Positions 38,608-49,600 of a stretch of 64,000 nucleotides of DNA are shown here, piece by piece. The position numbers and the translations under genes are program-made. How positions within the stretch are numbered: the first letter of the stretch is position 1; each line of letters begins with the position of its first letter. The stretch is taken from IMG/VR virus record IMGVR_UViG_3300043620_000042. One strand, 5' to 3'. The notes beneath the pieces were generated by a model that made no database searches, was not told where the DNA came from, and saw only the letters and a list, made by a program, of their open reading frames with translations. The stretch comes from a virus.

Positions 38608-39091
38608 GTTACTGGGGTGGTTGTGCGGGGTGACACCGTGGGGTGGATAGGCCGAAGGATTGTTCCACCATATAACTTGCGCTGAACGAAGCGAATGGCT
38701 CGGCAGACGGAGCAGCCCCGATGACAGGCCCACACTAAATATTTCTTCAACTATCTTGTGGGGCCTGGCATCGGGACTGCCTGCCGAGCCATGAGCGGAG
38801 TGGAGCCAACGTTCGAATTACTGTGGGCTATGTTCTGTTGGCGAGTGCGTGCATCTAAGTGGCGCGAGCCGTGTCCCCGCCCGCTTCACGCCCCGCCACA
38901 AACTTTCTTTGTTCTACTGGTGGCGGGGCTGGCGGGCGGGGCAGGAGTAAGGGGGCTGACGGCGCGGCAAAGACAAACTGGGCGAAAGCACCGTTCAAGT
39001 TACGAGCCTCTTACTTGTGTGCGAAGCTGTGCCGCGCCGGAATGCCCCCGTCAAATGAAGTGCAATGCATCGATTTGAGAGGGGTGTTCGA

Positions 39092-39540
39092 TGGTGCGTC
39101 AGCGCGAGACTGTTCGATTGCCCGGAGCGAGGCCCCGGACGCCGCGCCCGGTGTTTTGACTGACTATGAGGTGGAATTTGTCGACGACGTTCGAAGTGCG
39201 AGAGCTGCGGGCGCGGCGGACGTGGGCCGGTCGAATGGGAGAGGAGTGGTCGAAGGCGCGTCAGCGGGAGGACGTGGGATGGTCAGCAATGCTGAAATCG
39301 GGAAAGGCGTATCCGACGGCGCGTCAGCGCGAGACCGTGGGATGGTCGATGACGTTGAAATTGGGTCGACGCGTGGGATGTCGCGGAGCGCAGAGATGTT
39401 CGATGGTCACGTGATGTTGGAATTGCCAGGCGTTTCGGACGTCGCGAAGCGCGAGAACGTTCAGACATCCAGGAATGCTGAAATTGGGAGAGGCGTATCG
39501 AACCTGCGAAGCGTGGGACGTTCGAAGGTCGAGGCTGGTT
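39092..39540. repeat. Degenerate repeats
   Basis: GG(C/T)GCGTCAGCG(C/G)GAG three times, CGTGGGATG(G/T) three times, AATGCTGAAAT(C/T)GGGA(A/G)AGGCGTATC twice. Confidence 0.5.
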
Positions 39541-39568
39541 GAATCGGCCAAGGAGTATCGAAGGTCCA

Positions 39569-40075
39569 TCAGCCCATGATGCTTGAATCTCCAAAGAGCT
39601 GAGCCGCAGGCCCCCCGGAACCCCCGTTGCGGAGCATCGGGGGTGGACGGGGCTGCGGCGGTACTTGGATGTGGCGACTTTCGGTTGGTTGACCATTACT
39701 CAGCGCTCGGCAGAAAAATCCATTGCAACATTGCAGCCAACACCTCATCGGATTATCCCATTGCTCGAATAGCTGGGGCAGTCGCATCCATGACCGAAAG
39801 CGAAACGGGCGTGCTGAGATGAAACAAGCTCGCGAAATCACGCTCACGTTCGGTCTTACGTTGAGGCGTTTATTCGTTAGGCTTCGGGCGGCCTTTCTGA
39901 TTTTGTACTGCCTTAGAATGCCGCGCGTCGAATGGATTGTATCCACTACGATATCCTTTCTTATATCGATCTCAGTCAAGTCGATTCCTCTTTCAATGCA
40001 GGCCGCCTTCAACGCGACCTCGGCCTCATTGGGAGGCAGCGCATCCGTAATTTTTCGGTAATCAGACAGGCTCAT
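39569..40075 (-). CDS. Orphan immunity paralogue (first ~60 aa homologous, then read-through)
   Basis: MSLSDYRKITDALPPNEAEVALKAACIERGIDLTEIDIRKDIVVDTIHSTRGILRQYK closely matches 40283..40489. Confidence 0.75.
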   Translation of the reverse strand: MSLSDYRKITDALPPNEAEVALKAACIERGIDLTEIDIRKDIVVDTIHSTRGILRQYKIRKAARSLTNKRLNVRPNVSVISRACFISARPFRFRSWMRLPQLFEQWDNPMRCWLQCCNGFFCRALSNGQPTESRHIQVPPQPRPPPMLRNGGSGGPAAQLFGDSSIMG

Positions 40076-40150
40076 TTTTTGAAAAACAACTCGGCTATGT
40101 CGCCGGCAAAGCGAGCCGAATCTTGTGAGTCTGATTCTAGTTCGGTTAAT
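40072..40150 (-). pseudogene. Remnant of a homologous toxin C-terminus
   Basis: Translates ...ESDSQDSARFAGDIAELFFKK* versus RHS2 ...DSEDPARFAGDMAELFYKK*, with the same ATGA overlap to the immunity gene. Confidence 0.8.
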
Positions 40151-40282
40151 TGACCGGTCATTAAAAGGCTTAATTCAGTGTTGATCTATTAACGTGTTGA
40201 GTCGTTCCGTGCGCGCATTTTGCGGTAATTGCAATCTATCAATTGTTCCGCCTTCAAAAGTAAAGGATATCATATCTGTGAC

Positions 40283-40489
40283 TTAGTCGTGAGCTTTGAG
40301 CAAGGACTTTTTGACCTTGTACTGCCTGAGAATGCCCTGGGTCGAATGAATTGTGTCGACTATGATGTCTTTTCTAAGATCGATCTTAGTCAAATCGATT
40401 CCTTTTTCAATGCAGGCCGTGTTGAAGGCGACCTCGGCTTCTTTAGGAGGCAGCGCGTCAGTGATTGCCAAATAATCGTGTAGATTCAT
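40283..40489 (-). CDS. Putative cognate immunity protein of RHS2 (68 aa)
   Basis: ATGA overlap with the toxin stop; duplicated downstream. Confidence 0.75.
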   Translation of the reverse strand: MNLHDYLAITDALPPKEAEVAFNTACIEKGIDLTKIDLRKDIIVDTIHSTQGILRQYKVKKSLLKAHD

Positions 40490-43400
40490 TTCTTGTAAAA
40501 GAGCTCGGCCATGTCGCCAGCGAACCGCGCCGGATCCTCGGAGTCTACGAAGTGTCCCGGCCCTAACCGTTGAACCTCCCGGATATGGTTCAACTCGTGT
40601 GCAATAGTATTTACGGCAGCTTCAGGGCTGGCAAGGCTTGAGTCTCCCAACGTTACCGAATAGCGACCATTCGCGGCCCTGATGATGTCTCCAGCACCAT
40701 TTTGGGACATGTAACCAAATTTGTCGATAGGCATGCCAGGCTCATATACGAGTTCGAAGGCGCGCATGTCGATTCCATTCCCGGTTGCTGCCGCGCGCGC
40801 CTCTGCCAGTGTGATTCGTGCAATCCCTTCTCCCTCCCCGGTGCTGAAAGTCTTCGCAATCTTCTCGGCCGGTTTCAAAGCCCTCCGCAACGCACCGAAC
40901 AGCGGCTTTGCTTTACAAAACGCACGGGCTGCAAGTGCGCCTCCAACCTCGGCGACTTTGCCTCCGACGTAGGCGACGGCTGCCTCTTTTCCCATCTCGC
41001 CCAATACGGCGACGCCCTCTCCCATCGAATCACGCAGCACATTGTTGTCTCGGTCAATCCCGCCCAGCAAGTCCGCTCTTTGTGCTCCCATCGTGTTCTG
41101 GTCGTATTTCCCCGGCTGATCTCCCATCATCAGATCGTAGAGACCTTGGCCTACCTGGGAGAGCTCGTTATACAGCGACCATAACCCATTCGGGTCAATG
41201 AAGTTAAGCGGACTGTTACCCACGTCTGTGTACAAGTTCAGGCCACCCGCTTCTCCAATCGGATCACGATTTATCCATCTTTGCAAATTTGGTTCGTAAA
41301 ACCGGGATCCGTAGTAATAAAGCCCCGACAACGGATGATACTCCTTCGAAGAGAATCGGTAGAGGTTGGCTTGCGCCAACGGACCGCTCATCGCCAGTAG
41401 GTTGCCGAACGGATCGTAGTCGTACCGCGCCACGACGTTCTGGCGTCCGTCCGTCAGCGCGGTCACGTTCCCCTCGCCGTCGTTATGGTAATAGGCGTGT
41501 GCGTGCGTAGTATCTCCCAGGTTCAGAAGAGAATTGTCCGTCCGCGCCAATAGCCCGCCGATTCCGCCAGCACCTTTCAGGCTGCCGCTCAAGTCGAGGC
41601 CACGCGTATAAGTCACGGTTGGCAGGTTGAAACCGTTCCGCTCCTGCACGACTTGCATCCCGTGGTAGAGATAACGCACCTCGTTGGTCAGCACCCAACT
41701 GCCAGTCCAACCATATTCCTGGCGCACTCGTCGACGTCCGAATCCATCATAGACAAAAATCGTCTGGCTCGCTCCGCTGATCGTGACGTTCGTCAACTGA
41801 TTCTCATCGTCGTAATAAAACGCCCGCCGGCCATCGCTCGTAAGATTTCCGTTCGCGTCAAAACTGAGAGTCGTGCTGGTAGGCAGCCAGGCGACCGCCG
41901 AACTGCTCGCCGAACGGCCGAGGCTGTCCTGCGCCTCCGCGGTGAAGGTGTTGTTGCCGTCGGTTAGTGTCACGTTCTGGGCGGCGTAACTTCCGTCGGC
42001 ATAAAGCGCCGAAGCGCCACCATTGACGGTTACGCTGGTCGGTGACCCGATAGTGCCTCCAGCCACGGTGAAATTACCGATGCGAGTGACGTTGGTGAGC
42101 TCGTTGCGGGTGTCATTTTTGAAGACTTGCGCAAAACCGTTGTTCGTCCGTCCGGCCAGATTCCAGGCTTTGTCATAGCCGTAGCTCAACTGCTCATCTG
42201 CTCGCGCTGTGCCGTTGAGCTCATATCCCTGCGCGGAGGTCAACTGGCCGACTCCGTCATAGCCGTAACTCCAGCGATTACTGAAGAAGTTGGTCTGTGC
42301 CGTGCGCCTGTGAGCGCTATTGTAGCCGTATCGATACGAGTCAAGACCGACGCCAGCAGCGGTTTTGAGATTAATTCCAGTAAGCTGCGCGACAACATCA
42401 TAGCTGTTCGTCAGCACCGCTCCATTTCCGAGAATCAATTGTTGGATTAATGGAGATGCGCCAATGTAGCTGTACCCAAATGAGCCCGCGGGAGAGGTCG
42501 TGTTGGTCATGCGACCGGCCGCATCATAAACGAAGCTTTGAACCCAGTCGGCTGCGTTTGGCTGCGTAATTCCAAGCGATGCCAGGCGATGAGCAGTGCC
42601 GAAGTTCGCGGTGATTGTTGCATTAGGCCATGGACCGGTTTCGCTCGCCAGTGCGCCGAGACGGCTGTACGTGAGGCTGCTTGCGCCAAAAGCATCCGCA
42701 AGACTGGTAATTCTCCCCAATGGATCATATGATGCCGAAATAGCCGGGCTCGAAGCGTAAACGATGTTTGTCAATCTCCCAGCCGCGTCCCATTTGAGCA
42801 CTGCATTGCGTGGACTTTGCGGCCCCGGTGTCCAGCGATTGGTCACCTGGTTGTTTGGATCGTATGAGAGTGCAAGGACTGAATTGCCAAGATCGTCGAA
42901 CTTATTTGTCAATCGACTGAAGCTGTCAAAACGCCAGGAGGTCTTCTGGTTCTTCCCATCCACCGTGTTTGTGAGATTGTCTCTCGGATCGTACGCGAAC
43001 TGGAGCACTTCCTGATTTTGATTGGTTTGGGCTACGTTTCTTCTACCCGCGTCGTAAGCCCACCGGGTGACCTGACCGAGTTGGTTTGTGTAAGCCAGTA
43101 AACCAGCGGGACCGTAACCAAACCCTTCCGAGTTTCCTAATGCAATCTGGCGAGTGGAAACCCGGTCCAGCGGATCGAAGGTGTTGGTTACCCAGACACC
43201 AGCGGGATTTTTCGTCCACATGGAGCGGTCGCGAATGTCCGCCACAGTGCGATAGATTTCGCCAAACGCGTTGTTGATTGAAATGGGCAGACCCTGATTA
43301 TTGTATCCGACGCCCAGCGCAAAATTAGCGCTATCCGTCACGTTCGTTACACGACCCGCGAGGTCGTAATTGAGAGTCAGATAAATGGAGGGCGAGAAAT

Positions 43401-46400
43401 TGATGCTCGTCAGACGTGACTGTTGATCGTAGACAAAGCTTGTTACCTGCCCTAACGCATCAACAATCGATTCAAGGCTTCCACACGTGCACCAACTGAG
43501 GGACGTCACCTGATTCAACTCATTCGTGATGGACGTCAACCGACCTGCACGATCATAGCCATAATTGCGCCAATTGCCCATCCGATCACGGACGCCGGCT
43601 ACGTCTAATTTGTCGTATCGGTTGGAGATATAGCCGCGACTGTCCGCTCTGCTGGTCAATCGCAGCAGACCGTCCCATGCATTCGTCGTGATCGCGCCAA
43701 GTGCGTTTGTGTAAACGGCAACCAAGCCATTGCTCGTGTACGAAAATGAGTTGGTGCGCCCTACCTCGACATCAATCGTCCGGGACAGAAAATCGGCCGC
43801 GTCATATACATTCGTCGTTGTCAGGCCGGAGGACGATATAATTTTCGCCAACTTGTTGAAGCCCTTATATGAAAGCTGCGTCAGCTCACCCACACCATTT
43901 GTAACGAATCGAGGCAAAATCCGTTGCGAGCTCAGGACGATTCGATTCGTATCGAAGCCAGTCGGAAAATCGTTCGTCCATGAAACCACGTCGTACCCTC
44001 CAAAACTCCACACGTTGCTCCCGTCGGTCCCCACTACCCGCGTGAGCAGATTTGGTACTGTGAATGTGTTCATTGCCGAGGGCCCCCCGCCCAGCGGGAT
44101 CACCAGATTCGTGTAAACGTTGGGCAAACAAACGAGCTGGTTCGTCCGCGCTCCCAGCGTTCCATCCGACTTCGTGTAAGTCGTGGCGTGGTTGGTGACT
44201 ATCCCAAACTCGTTGTACTGCATATACTCATAATGCGTCTCCCCTCCCGGCAACCGCCAGGCAATCACTGAGGGCAAATCATTCGTCCCAGCCCGATGGC
44301 GAAAGATTTTGCCCTGGTAATCGTAGAATACCTTCAAGCCCTCCGTCGTCCCATCCGGCGAGGCGTCCCGCTCCAGCGAGAGCAAACCCGAAAGGAACAG
44401 CTCGTTGGTGTCCTGCAGCCAATGCCGCAACCGCGCTCTCAGGTAATCATTGGTCGTCAGGCTGGCGAGATTCGTTGTCGAGAGCGTCGCATACTGCCTC
44501 GGATTCCAGTAAAAACTGTTCCGGAATGACACCGATGAAAGACTGTTCGTCCCTCCGCTGCCGTCATCCAGCGTTCCCAGGGGCGTGTTGGTGGGCACGT
44601 CGCTGGCCGGGTAATTTGTCGGCATGAATGGCGAGCCATACCGATATGCATACAGCGAAATTGCTCCCGTCGGGTCCGTCACTCGCACCGCGCGGCTGAT
44701 TTCGTCCAACCCCCCCGCATTACCATCGTTGGTCAGCCCAATTGTGTACTCGATCACGTTGGTGCCATAAGGTGTGATCAGTGCCGTTGGGTACCCATTC
44801 GTGTCATACGTCAGCGTTGAAACCAGCCCTTGTGCATCTGTTATCGACGTCAAATTCTGGCTTCCGTCATAAGCAAAACTTGCTCTTAATCCGTAAGAAT
44901 TTGTTACGCCTACCAAAAGGGAATTGGCATTGTAACCCAGCCGATTTGTCTTACCGTCGTAATCTACCACCCACTTGACCCTGTATCCCTGGGAGCCGAA
45001 CGACTCCATTAGAAACCATGTCGTGTTCCCATGCGGGTCGATATGTCGGGTCCGGAAGTAATCTCCATATAATGGAGCTCCTTGCACTCCGCTGCCTACA
45101 ATCGCAAATGCGTAGATGTCCTGCGAACCATCGGCGTGAATCAACCGGAGCCCATTGTCACCATTATCCCTCGTTCCCACGAACGAGTTTCCGGGCGACA
45201 CCTGCTCCAACCGGGTCTGCGATTCCGAATCATAACGTTTCCCTACTGGAAAATTGATTTCACCACCCTCAGGCAAAAATACTGTTAGGTCACACTTGGA
45301 AAGGTCTAAAACGCACGGCATTGAGCAGGGCACTGTAGATTCCAAATGAATCGTTGAGAGCGAATTGTTATTCCAGCCTGTCCACACCACGAAGTTGATC
45401 TCATTCGTCAAGCTTTGGTGTCGGCGCGTGTCCCTCTGCTTATACGCAACCCGGAATGGGAATTCCTCTCCACGCGATGTGAGGTATGAGATCGGTTCGT
45501 CCATTACCCAGGCGTTAATGTAAGGCTCACTGACAGACCAGACTGGAGCGCCTTTGCAAGGACAGTCCTTCTTCGCTGGAGGGTTTTTGCAGCCCTTGTC
45601 CTTCCCGTCCTTGACGTTATTCGGTAAACCTTGCCCGTGAATTGCTGCCGCATCGGTGCTGTTCAGTGTCACCCATCCGGACGGCAAAGTTCCTGCTGAA
45701 ATTATGAAATTGCCGCTCGCTTCTTCGTTGATGTAATCGGCTGGCAACCATTTAGGGCTGTCAAGCGTTGGATCCACAACCAAGTAACCGTTTTCACCCT
45801 GTTGGACTATTGCCGCATAATGGTTTTGTTGCCAATGAACAACCGATGGCACCACCAAAGCGCTTCCCGACAATCGCCGGGCCGCTATCAGATTCATTCC
45901 GCGGGACTGGGCCAAATTCGCCAGCCCCGCCAAGCTGAACCCATTCTTCGGCGACGGAACCTCGACCAAATCTTCCAAGCCCGCTTTCGTAGGTTGTAAG
46001 GCCTGCGCGATGGCTTTGAGCGCGTAGGTGCCGCAACGGAAAGAGATCTCTGGATGCGTTAGCATTAAGTGATAGGAATCCTGCGCCCCTTGGAAGCGCT
46101 CGCGATCCTGAGGATTCACAAACGGCCATGCATTGCCCACCGGCGCTAGGGCACCCAATTCTTGAACGCGTCCAAGGCTCGACAGCAAATCCGTCCAGTT
46201 TGCGAGGATGGTTCCTCCGATCCTGTGAGCCGAATCATCGATGTTTGTGCTCGCCAGTGCCCATGCGGCTTCCCAGTGCCTCAATGCCTTCGTAATCCGG
46301 CCTGTCCGCCGACAATACGAGGCGTAGGCGTGATGCACTGACGCGGACCAAGGCGACGCAGGATAGCTCTCAAGAAAACTTTCAACGGCTATTGGCCAAA

Positions 46401-46665
46401 CCGGATCACTGAGGTTCGTAACGATGTTCCATAACGCCGCGCTTTCGCCGGTAGATGGCGGATTTGGGCCAATCCAAATGAGGCCTTCACGAAATCCGGG
46501 CCGGTCAAGAATGGCCTGGGTGTAGGGATTCTGCGTCGATTGGCCGACAGCGGAAGAAGTCTGGGAGTTAGGATTGGCGATCGCGTTCGCTGTCGATAAG
46601 AGGGCTAAGCAAGTGAAGCCGGCGAGCAAAAAGATTTGTCTCTTTCGATTAAGTACGTTTTTCAT
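40486..46665 (-). CDS. RHS toxin with N-terminal C39-like peptidase and C-terminal HExxH metallopeptidase-like toxin
   Basis: Signal peptide from ATG 46665; FRCGTYAL / HWQQNHY / LVVDP (C-H-D triad); YD repeats; RHS core (RFYEPNLQRWINRDPIGEAGGLNLY...DPNG); NTIAHELNHIRE. Confidence 0.9.
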   Translation of the reverse strand: MKNVLNRKRQIFLLAGFTCLALLSTANAIANPNSQTSSAVGQSTQNPYTQAILDRPGFREGLIWIGPNPPSTGESAALWNIVTNLSDPVWPIAVESFLESYPASPWSASVHHAYASYCRRTGRITKALRHWEAAWALASTNIDDSAHRIGGTILANWTDLLSSLGRVQELGALAPVGNAWPFVNPQDRERFQGAQDSYHLMLTHPEISFRCGTYALKAIAQALQPTKAGLEDLVEVPSPKNGFSLAGLANLAQSRGMNLIAARRLSGSALVVPSVVHWQQNHYAAIVQQGENGYLVVDPTLDSPKWLPADYINEEASGNFIISAGTLPSGWVTLNSTDAAAIHGQGLPNNVKDGKDKGCKNPPAKKDCPCKGAPVWSVSEPYINAWVMDEPISYLTSRGEEFPFRVAYKQRDTRRHQSLTNEINFVVWTGWNNNSLSTIHLESTVPCSMPCVLDLSKCDLTVFLPEGGEINFPVGKRYDSESQTRLEQVSPGNSFVGTRDNGDNGLRLIHADGSQDIYAFAIVGSGVQGAPLYGDYFRTRHIDPHGNTTWFLMESFGSQGYRVKWVVDYDGKTNRLGYNANSLLVGVTNSYGLRASFAYDGSQNLTSITDAQGLVSTLTYDTNGYPTALITPYGTNVIEYTIGLTNDGNAGGLDEISRAVRVTDPTGAISLYAYRYGSPFMPTNYPASDVPTNTPLGTLDDGSGGTNSLSSVSFRNSFYWNPRQYATLSTTNLASLTTNDYLRARLRHWLQDTNELFLSGLLSLERDASPDGTTEGLKVFYDYQGKIFRHRAGTNDLPSVIAWRLPGGETHYEYMQYNEFGIVTNHATTYTKSDGTLGARTNQLVCLPNVYTNLVIPLGGGPSAMNTFTVPNLLTRVVGTDGSNVWSFGGYDVVSWTNDFPTGFDTNRIVLSSQRILPRFVTNGVGELTQLSYKGFNKLAKIISSSGLTTTNVYDAADFLSRTIDVEVGRTNSFSYTSNGLVAVYTNALGAITTNAWDGLLRLTSRADSRGYISNRYDKLDVAGVRDRMGNWRNYGYDRAGRLTSITNELNQVTSLSWCTCGSLESIVDALGQVTSFVYDQQSRLTSINFSPSIYLTLNYDLAGRVTNVTDSANFALGVGYNNQGLPISINNAFGEIYRTVADIRDRSMWTKNPAGVWVTNTFDPLDRVSTRQIALGNSEGFGYGPAGLLAYTNQLGQVTRWAYDAGRRNVAQTNQNQEVLQFAYDPRDNLTNTVDGKNQKTSWRFDSFSRLTNKFDDLGNSVLALSYDPNNQVTNRWTPGPQSPRNAVLKWDAAGRLTNIVYASSPAISASYDPLGRITSLADAFGASSLTYSRLGALASETGPWPNATITANFGTAHRLASLGITQPNAADWVQSFVYDAAGRMTNTTSPAGSFGYSYIGASPLIQQLILGNGAVLTNSYDVVAQLTGINLKTAAGVGLDSYRYGYNSAHRRTAQTNFFSNRWSYGYDGVGQLTSAQGYELNGTARADEQLSYGYDKAWNLAGRTNNGFAQVFKNDTRNELTNVTRIGNFTVAGGTIGSPTSVTVNGGASALYADGSYAAQNVTLTDGNNTFTAEAQDSLGRSASSSAVAWLPTSTTLSFDANGNLTSDGRRAFYYDDENQLTNVTISGASQTIFVYDGFGRRRVRQEYGWTGSWVLTNEVRYLYHGMQVVQERNGFNLPTVTYTRGLDLSGSLKGAGGIGGLLARTDNSLLNLGDTTHAHAYYHNDGEGNVTALTDGRQNVVARYDYDPFGNLLAMSGPLAQANLYRFSSKEYHPLSGLYYYGSRFYEPNLQRWINRDPIGEAGGLNLYTDVGNSPLNFIDPNGLWSLYNELSQVGQGLYDLMMGDQPGKYDQNTMGAQRADLLGGIDRDNNVLRDSMGEGVAVLGEMGKEAAVAYVGGKVAEVGGALAARAFCKAKPLFGALRRALKPAEKIAKTFSTGEGEGIARITLAEARAAATGNGIDMRAFELVYEPGMPIDKFGYMSQNGAGDIIRAANGRYSVTLGDSSLASPEAAVNTIAHELNHIREVQRLGPGHFVDSEDPARFAGDMAELFYKK

Positions 46666-46699
46666 TTGTAAATCCTCGTGTTGACGTAAATTAGTAAGT

Positions 46700-49600
46700 T
46701 CAGTTGTTAGCCGGTCTCGAAATCCAGATACCAAGCCCTGCATCATTGGCGATGTTCCAAGCCGTTTCTCCCGAATCGATAATCCCGTTGCCATTGGCAT
46801 CCGATAAATAATCGGGGATGCCGTCGCTGTTGCTGTCGATTGGCTTCCCGTTAGCGTCAGTTGCGACATAGTGATATCCGATATCCACGACGCTATTGGT
46901 TTCTTTGGTTTGATTGGTTTGGGTAGTGTAGTGGAAAAGCCCGACAACGTTCGCCGTGACCATGCCGGTGTTGATCAATGGCGAGTTAGTTGGCAGGTAA
47001 TAGTTACCGAACCAACTCGTTTGCCAGTTGAAATTTGTCACCAATACGTCGTGGCTCCCTTGAGGATAAAGCCGTTGTGCTCCTTGCAGGAATGCGTTGT
47101 AATCACAGTGAGTGAGATTGGTATTATCGGCGTAAGGGTCATGCGTGGTGAACGTCGTGTTATCAAACGAAGTGTCTTGAATCGCCACCGGCGTTTGACC
47201 ATTAACCCCATCATTGTATCGGTTGATGTAGAGTCCTCCTCCATGCATTGTACAGTTCTCGCTCGTTAAGGCTGTCTCGGGTCGTCCGCCCTCCAGCCAC
47301 CAGAACACTCGGTCCAGCAAGCAGTTGGTAAATTGTACTGTGTCTACATAACCGCCAACTCCGCCGCCCCAAAACTCACATGACGACGCATTAACCAGCA
47401 GGTATCCGTTATCGTCGCGGAAGTGGGTCGAATCGCTGGCGGCGACGGAGAATTTGGTGAAGTGCGCCTTAAGCCAAGGGGCTTGATTGATGTTGGGCAA
47501 GGTCGTCCAGCCTGTGATGCCGCCCGGACCGTACCCGCCGTCCCATTTCCCAGTCCCTCCTTCCTGGACTTCGCTACAGCGAACCCAATAGTCTGGATAA
47601 TCGACGCGGCCATCAAAGAGTAAAGTCTTTGTATCCCCGACGTGAATGCCGTGCCCAACGTGATTATTATATCCGGAACTAGTTCGAAACCAGCCCACGG
47701 CTGTGCCAGCCGTAAAGGTGATATTGCCGTATGCGTCGGAGCCACCGAAGGAGTAATCGAGTGGTTCGTAATGATAGCCGAGACTTGGGCTCGCTCCAGT
47801 GTCACGGGCCGCCACCGGACCGAACGTGGTATCTGCCGAAATCGTGGCGTTGGAAAACACGATCGGCGGCCAAGTGGTTTTCTGTCGAAGGCTTGCAAGG
47901 AGAGTCGAATTAATGTTAGTCGTGCCTGCGTTTAAAAAGCTGCAGCCGTTGGTCAAATAGTAGCTTGCCGCTCCGACAGATTGGAATGGGTAGGCAGAGT
48001 TCGTTATGACAGTTCCAAATGTGGGGCTGATGTAGAATCCGTTTTGACCACCAGTAATGTCCACTTGTCCGGCGGCGAGGTTTGTTATGTTTGCGAAGAT
48101 ACAGTTGGTGAGAGCGACACTGTTTCCACTAGGCGACGAAGGACCGAGCGCTAAGCAACCGCTTCCGCTAAAGGTCGCATTTTCAACGGTTAGCACCCCG
48201 CTCCCCTCACACACGATATTTGTCAGATTCCTGGCAAAAAGCGTATTCCGCACCTGCGCCGTGGAGCCGCCTAATCGAAGCGCATTTGAACAACTCAAGA
48301 ATTGTGCGTGCGAGATGTTCCCAGAGATCCCTGCGAACTGGATCCCTTGCTGGGCATAGGCAACTCTGATGTAGGCCAGCGACGGTGTCGTCGACATGCC
48401 GGCAAAATACAATGCCGGATTTGCATAATAGCCGCTGAACGTACCCGTACTGCCGCTGATAATGTCGCCGACTGAATCATCATCTTTGGCCGTGCAGATA
48501 ATCGGATGATAGGCATTTCCAAGGAAGGTAACTGCCGGTATGGTCGCCGTTGGGTAGATGTTTATTACCGCGTTCGTAGCATACTTGATCACGCATCCGC
48601 CCTCGAACACGTTTGTCCCCGCAAGGAAAATGGAACCGCTGACATAGTAAGTCGTATCGCCTTGAAACGTGAAGTTGGTCGCGCTCGTCATGTTGTAATC
48701 CAGGAGAAAGCCCTTGTTTGAATTTGCGTCGAATTTCGCAAGCTGCATGCTGTTGGTTGTTTCCTGAGCGAAATGCGGCACGGGGAGGCGCCTGGTGGCC
48801 GACGCGTGTCCCCGTTTAGTACCGTCGCCGGCAGGATTGTTTGTCACAGCGGCGGAAGGGGGAAGTTGCTGAAGCTGAGAGGCGACTGAGTCCAGCGGAA
48901 TCTGCTCAACGAGGAAGGTTCGGTTGTTAACCTGCACCCACTGCTTGAGAACGCGCACTCGGGACGTTGCTTTTGGAGTATTATCAATCAAGAAGGCTTC
49001 ACCTGGTCCGATTTTCATCGCTCCAAAATCCAGTTGCTGGTCTGTAGAAACTGGTTCTGGGTTCTGCGAATAGCCGCTCTGATCTGGAGCGTTGCCCGCA
49101 TTGGTGGGCAGTACCTTTGGAGCAGGAGCAGCTACGAACTCGGTCCAAACCTGGAGCATTGTCGCGCCTTGAAAACCGTACTCTGCCGGGGAAGGGGGCT
49201 GTGACCGAAGGACAATGTTTTGCTCTAATCCAGCTTTGGTATGCTGGTATACAATATCCGCCGCGCAATCGCCGGCCAAGGCATTCGTGTAGATCACCTG
49301 ATTGGGAGGAATGATTTGGCCAATAGAATCCTGCAATTCGGCTATTAGCGCATTGCTTCCGGTCGACGGCTCAAAATAACTAAGACAGATTACGTGGGAA
49401 GATAGGATCTGACCGTCCGGCATGGTCAATTGGATTGACTCGCGAGTATTGATATTTGCAGCGAAGAACGTCTGGTGAGCGGTATTCGTGGCGGCCGCTC
49501 CTCCAGGCGCGATTGAGACTTCGTCAGTTGATTCCACCCAGACGCCATCTTTGAGATGGTGCATGCCTGTCTCGATCTCGGTGTATCTGTTTGTCGTATA

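Noticed and set aside
38855-38900. Group II intron domain V-like start (GCGAGCCGTG)
   Set aside because: No matching domain V stem and no reverse transcriptase in the window.
39092-39540. Possible CRISPR array
   Set aside because: Repeats are degenerate and irregularly spaced with no unique spacers; no cas genes (the Cas4-like nuclease is in the phage replication operon).
40072-40560. Diversity-generating retroelement TR/VR pair
   Set aside because: Differences are not adenine-specific and are largely synonymous; no RT.
6638-46665. T6SS effector interpretation of the RHS proteins
   Set aside because: Both start with signal peptides; no PAAR, VgrG or EagR genes seen.
46666-46947. Track N-terminal extensions (RHS2 to 46947; also 21325, 21977, 20286, 31058, 24741, 29327)
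   Set aside because: They overlap neighbouring genes or regulatory DNA; downstream ATGs give signal peptides or coupled starts.
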